Numbered from the stretch's first letter, positions 25,362 to 34,443 are shown. The stretch is DNA of 35,347 nt from an uncultured Clostridia bacterium (GCA_964441745.1 CAYTYR010000003.1:1-35347), one strand, 5' to 3'. The notes: generated by a model not told the origin, from the sequence alone. Numbers and translations are program-made.

Positions 25362-25850
25362 CTATAATTTTTTCTCCATCACGGTCGCTAATAATACTGT
25401 ATCTGCCACAATATCCTGTTTCTTACCTGTTTTTTTAAAGCCCAGCTTGGTACAAAAACTAAGACCGCGCAGATTACTCTCCTCCACCTCAGTCCGGATA
25501 GTCTTAATATAATCCAGCTTTTTTGCCACCTGTTCCAGTAGTAATGTGCCTATACCTTGTCTTTGTTTTTTAGGCAAGACAAATAAATGTACCAATTGCA
25601 AGGTTGTTGGTTCGATATGCAGGGCAGTGGCTACTCCGACAATAGTGCCAGTTTCATCTTTAGCGGCCAGGAAAATCACTTCAGGGTCTGAAATCTGATA
25701 GGCTAATATATCCGGATCCAGCCAAAACTCAGTCACCTTCATACTTGTTTCCGGAGATAAGTATTCATGGTATGTGTCCCGCCAGGTGGTTTTAATGACG
25801 TTACTTACGGCCGGGATATCTAATACTTTGACTTCATCAATTGTAATCAT
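25362..25850 (-). CDS. GNAT N-acetyltransferase
   Basis: LFVLPKKQRQGIGTLLL, N..GLSF..KLGF. Confidence 0.9.
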   Translation of the reverse strand: MITIDEVKVLDIPAVSNVIKTTWRDTYHEYLSPETSMKVTEFWLDPDILAYQISDPEVIFLAAKDETGTIVGVATALHIEPTTLQLVHLFVLPKKQRQGIGTLLLEQVAKKLDYIKTIRTEVEESNLRGLSFCTKLGFKKTGKKQDIVADTVLLATVMEKKL

Positions 25851-26620
25851 CTGCGAGCATCCTTTAAGAGAGAATAGTAGTCAAAAGGCTTAAGGTTGTT
25901 TTCCTGATACTGTAATACCATCAGATGAAGATGGGTAGGACTGTCCTTTTTTTCGGCTGAAAAACCAGTGCGGCCAATAGTGCCGATCACTTCCCCGGCT
26001 TTGAGAAATTGCCCGGATTTGACCATGACTTTATCCAAATGGGCGTAATAAAAGATCATTTGCACATTTGGATTGTAAAGCCAGGCGGCATTACCACTGC
26101 GGAGCGTACGGCCAGATTGCCAGCCGGTATGTGTCCCTAAGACCAGGCAATCCACTGGAGCGACAGCTGCTACTGGTTTATGATTGCGGTCATCAAGACA
26201 ATCTTGGTCAGCATCCCGAATAAAAATATCTTGAGCCGGATGCCCGCCATGTTTATTACCATCAAAAAAATCATAGCCCTTAATTGGGCTGGCTCCATAC
26301 ACAATATCCGGTTGATAGAAATTACCATTTTTACCGGCAATAGCTTTTAAATCATACCCTTGCACCGGAAAAATCCACTTTGGACCATAAGCATAACTAT
26401 ACTGCCGCGCCAGAGTCTCCAGCTGCGACATAATGCCCGGCAGCTTTTTTCGAACCATAGTTTTGTCAATGGCTCCATCCCGGACCGCCAGTTCAAATAT
26501 TTGCCATGCTTCGATCGGATCAGTTTTTAAAGTTTTATGGATAGAAATATAATAAAACAAGGAGGCATAAGCTAAAATAACCAGGAAAAATATTGTTTTT
26601 AATATCGCGCGTTGATTCAT
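25847..26620 (-). CDS. M23 family metallopeptidase
   Basis: HPAQD, YYAHL, G.VIGTIGRTG, HLH; N-terminal TM; start ATG 26620. Confidence 0.9.
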   Translation of the reverse strand: MNQRAILKTIFFLVILAYASLFYYISIHKTLKTDPIEAWQIFELAVRDGAIDKTMVRKKLPGIMSQLETLARQYSYAYGPKWIFPVQGYDLKAIAGKNGNFYQPDIVYGASPIKGYDFFDGNKHGGHPAQDIFIRDADQDCLDDRNHKPVAAVAPVDCLVLGTHTGWQSGRTLRSGNAAWLYNPNVQMIFYYAHLDKVMVKSGQFLKAGEVIGTIGRTGFSAEKKDSPTHLHLMVLQYQENNLKPFDYYSLLKDARR

Positions 26621-26630
26621 GAATCCCTTT

Positions 26631-27215
26631 CTACTGAATAAAATCAAAGACAGGGTCAGGCGCAGCTGCTACTTTTTCCCGTAAAATTTTTAGATCAACT
26701 TTTTTTAAGTAACGCCGCAAATTAAAGAAATATTCATGGAATCCATAGATAGACAATTCTCCCAAAGCTTTTTGCCTGGGCCATCCTTGCACATACATCC
26801 GATACAGGGCGATCATGGTGCCGGTACGGTCAGATCCATGCTGGCAATGGACAAAATATGGTTTATGCCGTTGATCAGTGATCACTTTCAGGAAAGCCGC
26901 GGCTTCTTTATCACCTATATTGTTGGCTTCCATGGGTACACTAATATAATAAAATCCCAGCCCATCCAGCCATTTTTCATCAGAGTGATTAGCACGCAAA
27001 TTAATAATAGTTTTAATACCCATTTTTTTAAGTTCAGTAAATCCAGCCGGCTCTGGCTGAGCGCCGCGGTATACATCTTCTGAAACTTTTGCAAAATTAC
27101 TCAGTCCCGGAAGATCATTCCGCGGCAGAGCTGACTTTTCCACCGCTGCTACCGGTAGAACCAGCATTCCTACTATTAATAAAGCAATAACGATCTTATC
27201 TACTTTCTTAAACAT
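26631..27215 (-). CDS. Exported cysteine-based tyrosine / dual-specificity phosphatase
   Basis: YRGAQP, GIKTIINLR, HCQHGSDRTG; signal peptide. Confidence 0.9.
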   Translation of the reverse strand: MFKKVDKIVIALLIVGMLVLPVAAVEKSALPRNDLPGLSNFAKVSEDVYRGAQPEPAGFTELKKMGIKTIINLRANHSDEKWLDGLGFYYISVPMEANNIGDKEAAAFLKVITDQRHKPYFVHCQHGSDRTGTMIALYRMYVQGWPRQKALGELSIYGFHEYFFNLRRYLKKVDLKILREKVAAAPDPVFDFIQ

Positions 27216-27240
27216 AATCCCTAAGAGGTTTTTGACCTTG

Positions 27241-28476
27241 TTAGAGACCTCCCTTAGTGAATGTTTTCGCCCAGAGCCCGCGGTCTAGTATCGGTTGTAC
27301 TAATTTGCGCTCACTTTTCATCATGGCGGCCCGCATGATACGAAACTCGCCGTATTTTTTATTGATCCGGTCCATTACCCGGTCTACGGCCTGGGTGCTG
27401 GTCAATTCATCCAACAGGTATAACTGCCGTGTCCGGCAGACCAGGTTGGAGACACTGATCCCGATCAGGCGGACAGCCCGGCCTTGCCAGTCAATCCTGG
27501 TAAAGATCTTCCAAGCCTGCTGGTATATATCATAACCGCTATCCAAAAAATAATCAACAGTTAAATGACGGCTAAACGTAAAAAAATCACTATAACGCAG
27601 GATGAGGCAAACTGTCCGGCCGCAATAATTATCCTGGCGCAGGCGGACCGCTACCTGCTCACTTAAAGAAAAAATATTCCGGCGGATCTCGGCAAGATCA
27701 GCAGTGTCGCGCGCCAGCGTATGGGTGTGGCCCATGGATTTGACTGGTAGTTCATCGTCGCTGTAATGCACCGGGGTACTATCCAAGCCTAATCCCATAT
27801 TATGCAATACTTCCCCGATAATGCCAAAGTGCCGGCGCAAAATACTGACCGGATAGCGGCCCAGGTCGCCGCAGGTATAGATGCCGAGGGCGTGCAGGTG
27901 CTTCTCCATCTGGCGGCCCACGCCGCACAGGTCCTTGATAGGAAGACTTTCCAGGGTACTGCGCACCTGCTCCGGCGGGACCAGGACCAGGCCGTCAGGC
28001 TTTTGCATGTCGCTGGCCAGTTTGGCGATCAGTTTATTCGGCCCGATACCGACAGAGCACGTCAAACCCATTTCTGTGACAATAGCTTTTTTGATGGCTT
28101 GTCCGACTTTAAGCGCGTCGTCATACGACAGACAGGTATCAGTGATCTCTAAAAATGCTTCGTCAATGGAAAAAACTTCTGTTTTTACCGAGAACCGTCG
28201 TAAAATACGGAATATCTGGCGGGAAGTGTCCACGTATTTAGCTAAATTGCCGATCACAAAGATCGCTTGCGGACAAAGCCGGCGCGCTTCGCCGATGCTC
28301 ATGCCGGCTTTAATGCCGAAGGGCTTGGCTTCGTAGGAGGCCGCGGAAACAACCGTGCGGGTTTCGGGGTTGCCGCAGACAATGACCGGGCGGCCGCGCA
28401 AAGCAGGATTGGTTTTCTGCTCAACCGAGGCGAAAAACGCGTTCATGTCGATATGTAAGACAATGCGATTGTTCAT
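27241..28476 (-). CDS. dinB: DNA polymerase IV (Y family)
   Basis: LHIDMNAFFASVE, AASYEA, SIDEAF, SVGIGPNKLIAKLASD..KPDG; QLYL clamp motif. Confidence 0.95.
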   Translation of the reverse strand: MNNRIVLHIDMNAFFASVEQKTNPALRGRPVIVCGNPETRTVVSAASYEAKPFGIKAGMSIGEARRLCPQAIFVIGNLAKYVDTSRQIFRILRRFSVKTEVFSIDEAFLEITDTCLSYDDALKVGQAIKKAIVTEMGLTCSVGIGPNKLIAKLASDMQKPDGLVLVPPEQVRSTLESLPIKDLCGVGRQMEKHLHALGIYTCGDLGRYPVSILRRHFGIIGEVLHNMGLGLDSTPVHYSDDELPVKSMGHTHTLARDTADLAEIRRNIFSLSEQVAVRLRQDNYCGRTVCLILRYSDFFTFSRHLTVDYFLDSGYDIYQQAWKIFTRIDWQGRAVRLIGISVSNLVCRTRQLYLLDELTSTQAVDRVMDRINKKYGEFRIMRAAMMKSERKLVQPILDRGLWAKTFTKGGL

Positions 28477-28480
28477 ATGC

Positions 28481-28539
28481 CAGCGATCTGCGTTCAGCAG
28501 TCAGTTGTCAGTTGACAGCGGTCAGCGTTCAGTAATCAG
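28481..28539 (+). repeat. Heptamer tandem repeat array (CAGYNNT x8)
   Basis: CAGCGAT CTGCGTT CAGCAGT CAGTTGT CAGTTGA CAGCGGT CAGCGTT CAGTAAT CAG. Confidence 0.85.
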
Positions 28540-28577
28540 AAAAACTTTAGTAAGAGTGGTACTTGCTGTACGCTGAT

Positions 28578-29183
28578 TTAATATTTGCGAAACACTCCCA
28601 CTACTTTACCGACTATTTGTATCTCCGGGTTAATGATGGGCTGGTACGCGGGATTAGCTGCTTCCAAGCGGAGTTGGCTATGTTTGGTATCGCAGTATAT
28701 TTTTTTGACCGTGACTTCCTCACCGATACGGGCCACGACGATCTCGCCGTTCTCGGTATGGCTGTTAATACGCACCAGGACAAAATCTCCCTCATAGATC
28801 CCGGCGCCGGTCATGCTGTCGCCTTTTACCCGCAGGGCAAAATCAGCGCCATTTCCCAACAGCGACTGATCCAGGTTGACATACCCTTCAATATTTTCTA
28901 TGGCCAGGATCGGGACACCGGCGCGCACCTGCCCCAAGACCGGAATATTTAACAGTCTCTTGGCAGTAAGCCCGGTAATTTCCAGAAAACGCGCTTTAAA
29001 TTTGCCCCGCTTGCGGATATAGCCCTTGGCTTCCAGTATCCGCAGGTAATCCTGCACCGTGCCGATAGATTTGAAGCTGAATTCCTTCATGATCTCCCGC
29101 AAAGTCGGCGGTGTCCCGTTCTCTATTTGAGTATTTTTTATAAAATCTAAAATGGCTTTCTGTTTCTCAGTAAGATTTTCCAT
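28578..29183 (-). CDS. lexA: SOS repressor LexA
   Basis: LTEKQ..IL, PPTLREI, L..KGYI, VRAG cleavage site, GDSM Ser, VTVKK Lys. Confidence 0.96.
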   Translation of the reverse strand: MENLTEKQKAILDFIKNTQIENGTPPTLREIMKEFSFKSIGTVQDYLRILEAKGYIRKRGKFKARFLEITGLTAKRLLNIPVLGQVRAGVPILAIENIEGYVNLDQSLLGNGADFALRVKGDSMTGAGIYEGDFVLVRINSHTENGEIVVARIGEEVTVKKIYCDTKHSQLRLEAANPAYQPIINPEIQIVGKVVGVFRKY

Positions 29184-30031
29184 TAACTTCTCTTTTTCTC
29201 TAAAAGCTTTTTATTTTGAGGGCTTTTAAGATAGTTCTCTTGGGAAACAACTTTTTTGCCGCTTTTGCGCTCTAATTCTTTGCGCGCATTACCAGCCACT
29301 GCCCCACCTTCACAAGCTGCCTTTTTATTCTCATTAAATCCTTGCGCGTTTCTATTAACCGTAATCTCTTTCGTAGAAGCCTCTCCCAGCATAGAGAAAA
29401 TCAATTCCAGATCGTTCATATGGTCCCTGAGGTTCTCTCTCTTTAACCTTTTTAAATTCTTATGTTCGGAAGGAGTCAAACCGAAGGTCGCTCTAGAGAT
29501 TTCCGCAGTCAGGATTTCATACTCTTTAGGTTCTTTTATTTCACGATTTTTCCATTGGTCTGTCAGTTCTTCCCGTATAGCAATCCCACGCATCCGTTTT
29601 TCAATCCAAGCATCGCTATATCCTTTGGCTTTATACAAAGCCCGCGTCCGTTTAGTTGCCAACTCAGGGTCTTCAATCTCCTGAACTCTTTCATAGCCTA
29701 CTTTCGCCAGCCATCTTTTAAACGGTTCAGCTTTAGGGGAAGGGATAGACTGAATAATGCGAAAAATCCCTTCAGTATTAGCACAATCTGTTTCATACTT
29801 TTTGCCATCAGATGACTCTAATTTCAGTCCGTGACAAAACGTCACGATCTCACTTCCTTCTTCTTTTAATCTTTGTTTCAGTTTTCTCCAATATGCACCA
29901 GCGTCAACACTCTCGGTCAATGCCTCGCATACATCTACTACCGAAAACCACCATTCATTATTATACAAAATCTTCCTGATCTCTTTTTTCCTGAAAATAG
30001 CTATCTTGGTAACAGTTATATTTTTGGTCAT
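29183..30031 (-). CDS. Bro-N domain (antirepressor-like) protein
   Basis: EWWFSVVDV, YW.KLK.R, RIIQSIPSPKAEPFKRWLA, NLRDHM; start ATG 30031 with SD; TAATG overlap with lexA. Confidence 0.88.
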   Translation of the reverse strand: MTKNITVTKIAIFRKKEIRKILYNNEWWFSVVDVCEALTESVDAGAYWRKLKQRLKEEGSEIVTFCHGLKLESSDGKKYETDCANTEGIFRIIQSIPSPKAEPFKRWLAKVGYERVQEIEDPELATKRTRALYKAKGYSDAWIEKRMRGIAIREELTDQWKNREIKEPKEYEILTAEISRATFGLTPSEHKNLKRLKRENLRDHMNDLELIFSMLGEASTKEITVNRNAQGFNENKKAACEGGAVAGNARKELERKSGKKVVSQENYLKSPQNKKLLEKKRS

Positions 30032-30117
30032 GTAATCCTTCCTTTTGAGGTGACAATTTGGCACCTCAAGTTTTTAAATTCATTTTCGGGTTTCGACACC
30101 GTTTACCGTCACCCGAG

Positions 30118-30146
30118 CTTTTACCATACAAATGTATGGTTGTCAA
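30118..30146 (-). promoter_or_regulatory. Promoter of the Bro-lexA-dinB operon with palindromic operator in the spacer
   Basis: TTGACA, 17 nt, TAAAAG; ACCATACA-AA-TGTATGGT at 30123-30140. Confidence 0.78.
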
Positions 30147-30148
30147 GT

Positions 30149-30185
30149 AAAAAATAAAGGAGGCGCTTAAAAGCGCCTCCTTTAT
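30149..30185 (-). terminator. Intrinsic terminator (possibly bidirectional)
   Basis: ATAAAGGAGGCGCTT-TT-AAGCGCCTCCTTTAT followed by a T-run. Confidence 0.9.
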
Positions 30186-30197
30186 ATATAGAGAATA

Positions 30198-31175
30198 TTA
30201 GATAGCGGTTACTACTCCGGTGGCAGAATTCGTGTAGGAACCTGTACCATCAGCATTAATATGGATGGTAGCCACTGTGGCGCCGGCTTTAGAAATCGTG
30301 CCGTCCATGGTCTTATCAGCCTTGAAAGTCAGAGCGCCGCTAAACCCGCTCGTAGAAGTGAAGGTTTGGGTTCCGCCGATCGGTCCGGTGGCGCCAATAG
30401 TCACTTCTGAAACTATGGTCAGGACTTCCCCGGCACTGGTAGTGATCGTCCCGGTACCAGCCTGAGTCGAAGGATTAGCATCTGTTGGTTTATCAACCAT
30501 GGTCGAAGTCAGGATCAGAGAGATCGTTCCGGCAGGAATAGCGCCGCTAACTGTATTGATCATTGAAGTAGGAAAATTATCATTGATGAATGTCGCTATC
30601 CCCGTACTAAGATCAGCCATCTCTCCCGCTGTGTTGATGGTAAACCAGGCTACTGGCTTACTATCTGACAGCTTGCAGAACATAGAAGGGATGTATCTTG
30701 GGAACAAGGCCGCAGCGCTGGCATCCTGAGGAATATCAGCAGTTGTGATCTTGCTGGCAGTCAGGAGCTGGTCAGAATATAGCTGTAAGGCATCAGCATT
30801 GGCGCCAAAAGCAGCGTCTTGATTGAAATACACCACATCCGTGCCGCTCAAGAATTTTACTTTACAGACCATACCAGTGACGCCGGTATTGGTAACTGTG
30901 TATTCACCGGTAGTATCATCAGCGGCGCCAAGATCCCCCATCGTCGAACCTACATAGTAACGGCCCCGCACGCCAAAACTGGTCGTACCTGCTCCTGCTC
31001 CCACTTTGGTCACATCATACAACGCTTCTACAGAATCAGCCAGGGCCGCATCGGTTACGGTCGTGGTAGTAGTAGTTCCTGTATCGGTTACGGTATCTTC
31101 ACTGTCTTTACTGCAACCATTAAGCAATAATAATCCCATGAGCAACAAACTGGCCAGCACTACAATTTTTTTCAT
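30198..31175 (-). CDS. Thr/Gly/Ala-rich hypothetical lipoprotein
   Basis: Lipobox LNGC, poly-Thr linker, GGAGG SD. Confidence 0.82.
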   Translation of the reverse strand: MKKIVVLASLLLMGLLLLNGCSKDSEDTVTDTGTTTTTTVTDAALADSVEALYDVTKVGAGAGTTSFGVRGRYYVGSTMGDLGAADDTTGEYTVTNTGVTGMVCKVKFLSGTDVVYFNQDAAFGANADALQLYSDQLLTASKITTADIPQDASAAALFPRYIPSMFCKLSDSKPVAWFTINTAGEMADLSTGIATFINDNFPTSMINTVSGAIPAGTISLILTSTMVDKPTDANPSTQAGTGTITTSAGEVLTIVSEVTIGATGPIGGTQTFTSTSGFSGALTFKADKTMDGTISKAGATVATIHINADGTGSYTNSATGVVTAI

Positions 31176-31251
31176 TACCTGGACCTCCCTTAAATTAAAT
31201 ACTTACGATTTGAACAAATTACGTAATGAAATAATGAAAGTGACACCCCCT

Positions 31252-31722
31252 TTATCGCGCAATGTCTATGATCTTATATTTCAGGATCCCCGCCGGGATC
31301 TTGATCTCTACGATGTCATCTTTCTTAAAGCCCAGCAACCCCTTGCCGATCGGCGAATTGATGGAGATCTTACCAGCGGCGTAATTAGCTTCCATTTCCG
31401 AAACCAGGGTATAGCGCTCTTCTTCATTGCAGCCGAGGTCCAGTAATTTTACGATCGAGCCGATGGAAACCTTGTCTTTAGGGATCCTGGATTCATCAAG
31501 TATCTCCGCCCGGCCCAATTTACCTTCCAGCTCATTGATCTTGTTCTCATTGAGAGCTTGCGCTTCTTTAGCCGCGTCATACTCGGCATTTTCTGAAATA
31601 TCGCCTTTTTCCCTGGCCTCACCGATCTCTTTGGCTAATTGTTTGCGTTTGGTCGTTTTCAGGAAATCAATATCTTCTTTGATCTTTTGGTACGCTTCCC
31701 TGGTCAGATAAATCTTCTCCAT
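31252..31722 (-). CDS. greA: Transcription elongation factor GreA
   Basis: GDISENAEYDAAKE, ISINSPIGKGLLG. Confidence 0.97.
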   Translation of the reverse strand: MEKIYLTREAYQKIKEDIDFLKTTKRKQLAKEIGEAREKGDISENAEYDAAKEAQALNENKINELEGKLGRAEILDESRIPKDKVSIGSIVKLLDLGCNEEERYTLVSEMEANYAAGKISINSPIGKGLLGFKKDDIVEIKIPAGILKYKIIDIAR

Positions 31723-31740
31723 GATTACAGCCTACTCCCC

Positions 31741-32049
31741 TTATTGCTCTTTAATAGTTATTTTAAAATAAGTCCGTCCAATAAAAACAACATCTCCTTC
31801 CTTCAACGGTTCCCGGCCGCGCACCTGTATCTTGCCGATAAAGGTACCGTTGGTGCTGGACAGGTCCGACACATAAGCCTTACCCTCTTGTAAACCGATA
31901 ATGGCATGTTTGCGGGAAGCGCGCTGGTCATCAGCTATGCACAAACCTGCCTCTTCCCCGCGGCCGATGATAATAGAAGAATTATCCGCCACAAAAACAA
32001 TTTCACCTTTACGACCGCCATTAGTGATCGTGATCGTCATTAATTTCAT
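31741..32049 (-). CDS. Stand-alone FHA domain protein
   Basis: IIGR, ASRKHA, DLSSTNGT, GD...IG. Confidence 0.92.
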   Translation of the reverse strand: MKLMTITITNGGRKGEIVFVADNSSIIIGRGEEAGLCIADDQRASRKHAIIGLQEGKAYVSDLSSTNGTFIGKIQVRGREPLKEGDVVFIGRTYFKITIKEQ

Positions 32050-33239
32050 ACCAGCAGAGCCTTAACAAATTTTTGTCCAAATCCCCTGGCCGCGTCTAAA
32101 TCCGTTTCCGTCGGAGTAAAGTTCACTTTATAGCCAGGTTCAAAGGTTTTAAGTTTCAGGCTTTTGAACCTTTCTTCGATCATTTTAACTGCTTCCCCGC
32201 TCCAGCCGAATGAACCATAAGCAGCGGTTAATTTTAAATCAAGGCTCACTGTCTGGAACAGCCCAAGCACATCCCAAACCGGTTTAGGTATATCCCGGTT
32301 GATAGTAGGCGAACCGACCAGTAAACCATCTGCTTTTTCCAATTCATCCCGGATCTGGTCCAGGCTTACTTCCGGTATATGGATAACTTTTACTTCGGTT
32401 TTTTCTGTTTTTAACCCGGCGGCTATCTGCCGGGTAAGCTTGTCCGTATTTTTATGCGCGGAGAGATAAAGAACGAGAATACTTTTTTTCCCGCCGGGCA
32501 GTTTTTGCACCGTAGAAAATTCCTGGTATTTTTTTACATACTGCAGCGGATTGTCCCGGTGGATCGGACCATGGCTGGAGGCAATGACCTTGACCGGCAC
32601 ATCTTTAACCTTAGCAATGGCCAGCAGCACCTTTTTCTTGAACGGCCGGACCAGGCAATCAAAATAATAAGCAAAATCTTCGCAAAAGTCTCCGGCTGTA
32701 TCATTAAACATCCCGGTCTCACTGTAATAATGGCTGCCAAAAGCGTCACAAGGAAATAATATCTGGTCCTCGGCTAAATAAGTAAACATGGTGTCAGGCC
32801 AATGCAGGAACGGGGCAATGACAAATTTAAGAGTACGGCCGCCCAGGTCTATAGTCAGGTCGTCACTGGCTTCTAACACATTGAATTTACTGTTGGTCAG
32901 CTCCTGGAGAAAAAGCGAGCCAGGCTTGGTAATGACTATGGTTATGTTGGGATTAATCCTAAGGAATTCCTTGATCGACCCGGAATGATCAGGTTCTGTA
33001 TGGTTAACTATCAAATAATCGATCTTGGCCGGATCGCAGACAGTTTTCAGATTAACTATAAAATCCTGATAAAATATCCCTTTTACGGTATCGATCAGGG
33101 CGGTCTGATTCTGGCCCTTCACCAGGTAAGAATTATACGTGGTCCCGTGCGCGGTTGGGAACAGGTCATCAAAAAGGCGTAAATCGGGATGGATCGCTCC
33201 CACCCAGTGCACATTTTTAGCTATTTCAAACGGTTTCAT
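32046..33239 (-). CDS. fprA: Flavodiiron protein (FprA / A-type flavoprotein)
   Basis: GTTYNSYL, NHTEPDHSG, HWPDTM, DAFGSH, SHG, GSFGWSGEA. Confidence 0.94.
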   Translation of the reverse strand: MKPFEIAKNVHWVGAIHPDLRLFDDLFPTAHGTTYNSYLVKGQNQTALIDTVKGIFYQDFIVNLKTVCDPAKIDYLIVNHTEPDHSGSIKEFLRINPNITIVITKPGSLFLQELTNSKFNVLEASDDLTIDLGGRTLKFVIAPFLHWPDTMFTYLAEDQILFPCDAFGSHYYSETGMFNDTAGDFCEDFAYYFDCLVRPFKKKVLLAIAKVKDVPVKVIASSHGPIHRDNPLQYVKKYQEFSTVQKLPGGKKSILVLYLSAHKNTDKLTRQIAAGLKTEKTEVKVIHIPEVSLDQIRDELEKADGLLVGSPTINRDIPKPVWDVLGLFQTVSLDLKLTAAYGSFGWSGEAVKMIEERFKSLKLKTFEPGYKVNFTPTETDLDAARGFGQKFVKALLV

Positions 33240-33253
33240 AAGTATTCCTCAAA

Positions 33254-33330
33254 ATAGTCGCTGGTCGCTAGTTTCTAGTCGCTGGTTTTTAAGGTTTTAC
33301 TAGTTACTAGCGACTAGTAACCAGCAACTG
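33254..33330. repeat. Inverted pair of heptamer arrays (CTRGTYN)
   Basis: ATAGTCG CTGGTCG CTAGTTT CTAGTCG CTGGTTT ... TTACTAG TTACTAG CGACTAG TAACCAG CAACTG. Confidence 0.82.
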
Positions 33331-33334
33331 CATT

Positions 33335-33493
33335 TTAGATTTTTTCAAACTGGTCTTTTGGCGCGCCGCACTCTGGGCAGACCCAATTTTCCGGTAATTG
33401 TTCAAAAGAAGCACCCGGGGCAATACCATTATCAGGATCACCTTTAGCCGGGTCATAGCTGTACCCGCAAACTAAACATTTAAATTTATCCAT
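33335..33493 (-). CDS. Rubredoxin (52 aa)
   Basis: Not in ORF track. [52 protein letters not shown]. Confidence 0.97.
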   Translation of the reverse strand: MDKFKCLVCGYSYDPAKGDPDNGIAPGASFEQLPENWVCPECGAPKDQFEKI

Positions 33494-33510
33494 ACTCCCT
33501 CCTTCGGAGG

Positions 33511-33542
33511 AAATTCGAAACCCGAAATCCGAAATACTAAAC
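33511..33542 (+). repeat. Heptamer tandem repeat
   Basis: AAATTCG AAACCCG AAATCCG AAATACT AAAC. Confidence 0.75.
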
Positions 33543-33573
33543 TTTCTGGCTTCAAATCCCTATTTATTTCTAT

Positions 33574-33762
33574 TTATTCTTCGATAGTAATTGCTTCTAC
33601 GGGGCAATTTTGGGCAGCTTCCCTGGCGGTATCTTCTGCATTAGATGGGACGACATCAACAATAACCGCTGCTAAATCGCTTTCCATTTTAAAAACATCA
33701 GGACAATTATCAGCACATAAACTGCAACCGATACATGTATCCTTGTTCACTTTCGCTTTCAT
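33574..33762 (-). CDS. Monocluster ferredoxin
   Basis: CIGCSLC...CP and C-terminal CPVEAI. Confidence 0.93.
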   Translation of the reverse strand: MKAKVNKDTCIGCSLCADNCPDVFKMESDLAAVIVDVVPSNAEDTAREAAQNCPVEAITIEE

Positions 33763-33777
33763 GCCGCTATCCCTCCT

Positions 33778-34290
33778 TTATTTAATCCCTAATTCTCTTA
33801 ACCGGCCTTCATAATCCTGCTCCCCGCCGGAAGTACGCCACTTGATATTCCGTTTTTGGTCCAAATAAATGATTGTAGGTAAGCCCAATACTTTATACTT
33901 ACCGGTTATTTCACCTTTTTCATCAAGCAGTACCTGATAGGGGATTTTATATTTATCTACCAGCCGCTGTACGCGATCCCTGCTTTCTTTGGGATCGATA
34001 TGGATAATTTCTACCCCTTTATAATTATATTTATTATAAATGGTTTTCAAGGCTGGGATCTCTTGGACACAATAAGGACACCAGGTCGCGCTGAAGACCA
34101 GGATAATGACTTTCTTTTTGGTAAAATCTTTCATTAAATTGACCTCTTTGCCAGCCAGGTTTTTTAAAGTAAAATCAATAGCCTGCCCCCCGGGACTGCC
34201 AGCCGGCGGGAGAGGACTCTGCGCCATACAGGCTAAAGCAAATCCTGCCACAAAAACAAACGCTCCAATTACGGAAACTACTTTCTTCAA
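33778..34290 (-). CDS. Exported TlpA/ResA-like thiol-disulfide oxidoreductase
   Basis: Signal peptide, DFTL, ATWCPYC, GLPT. Confidence 0.9.
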   Translation of the reverse strand: MKKVVSVIGAFVFVAGFALACMAQSPLPPAGSPGGQAIDFTLKNLAGKEVNLMKDFTKKKVIILVFSATWCPYCVQEIPALKTIYNKYNYKGVEIIHIDPKESRDRVQRLVDKYKIPYQVLLDEKGEITGKYKVLGLPTIIYLDQKRNIKWRTSGGEQDYEGRLRELGIK

Positions 34291-34322
34291 TGCCTTTCCT
34301 CCTTTTTAATCTGTGTAATCCT

Positions 34323-34436
34323 AGAAAGCCCCCAAACCCCGCTCAAAGGGGCTCCTGCCCCTATTGCGTTCGGCCGGCGATTTTACTCCGTAAAATCTAG
34401 AGCTTCGGCCTCACTGTTACCCCTTGGGGTCTTTCT
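34323..34436. repeat. 114-bp intergenic element with terminal inverted repeats (MITE/REP-like)
   Basis: AGAAAGCCCCCAA ... TTGGGGTCTTTCT (12/13 match) enclosing several hairpins. Confidence 0.6.
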
Positions 34437-34443
34437 CAAAGCT

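Noticed and set aside
29183-30031. Prophage remnant suggested by the Bro-N gene
   Set aside because: No integrase, structural genes or att-like repeats; the neighbouring repressor is a typical LexA.
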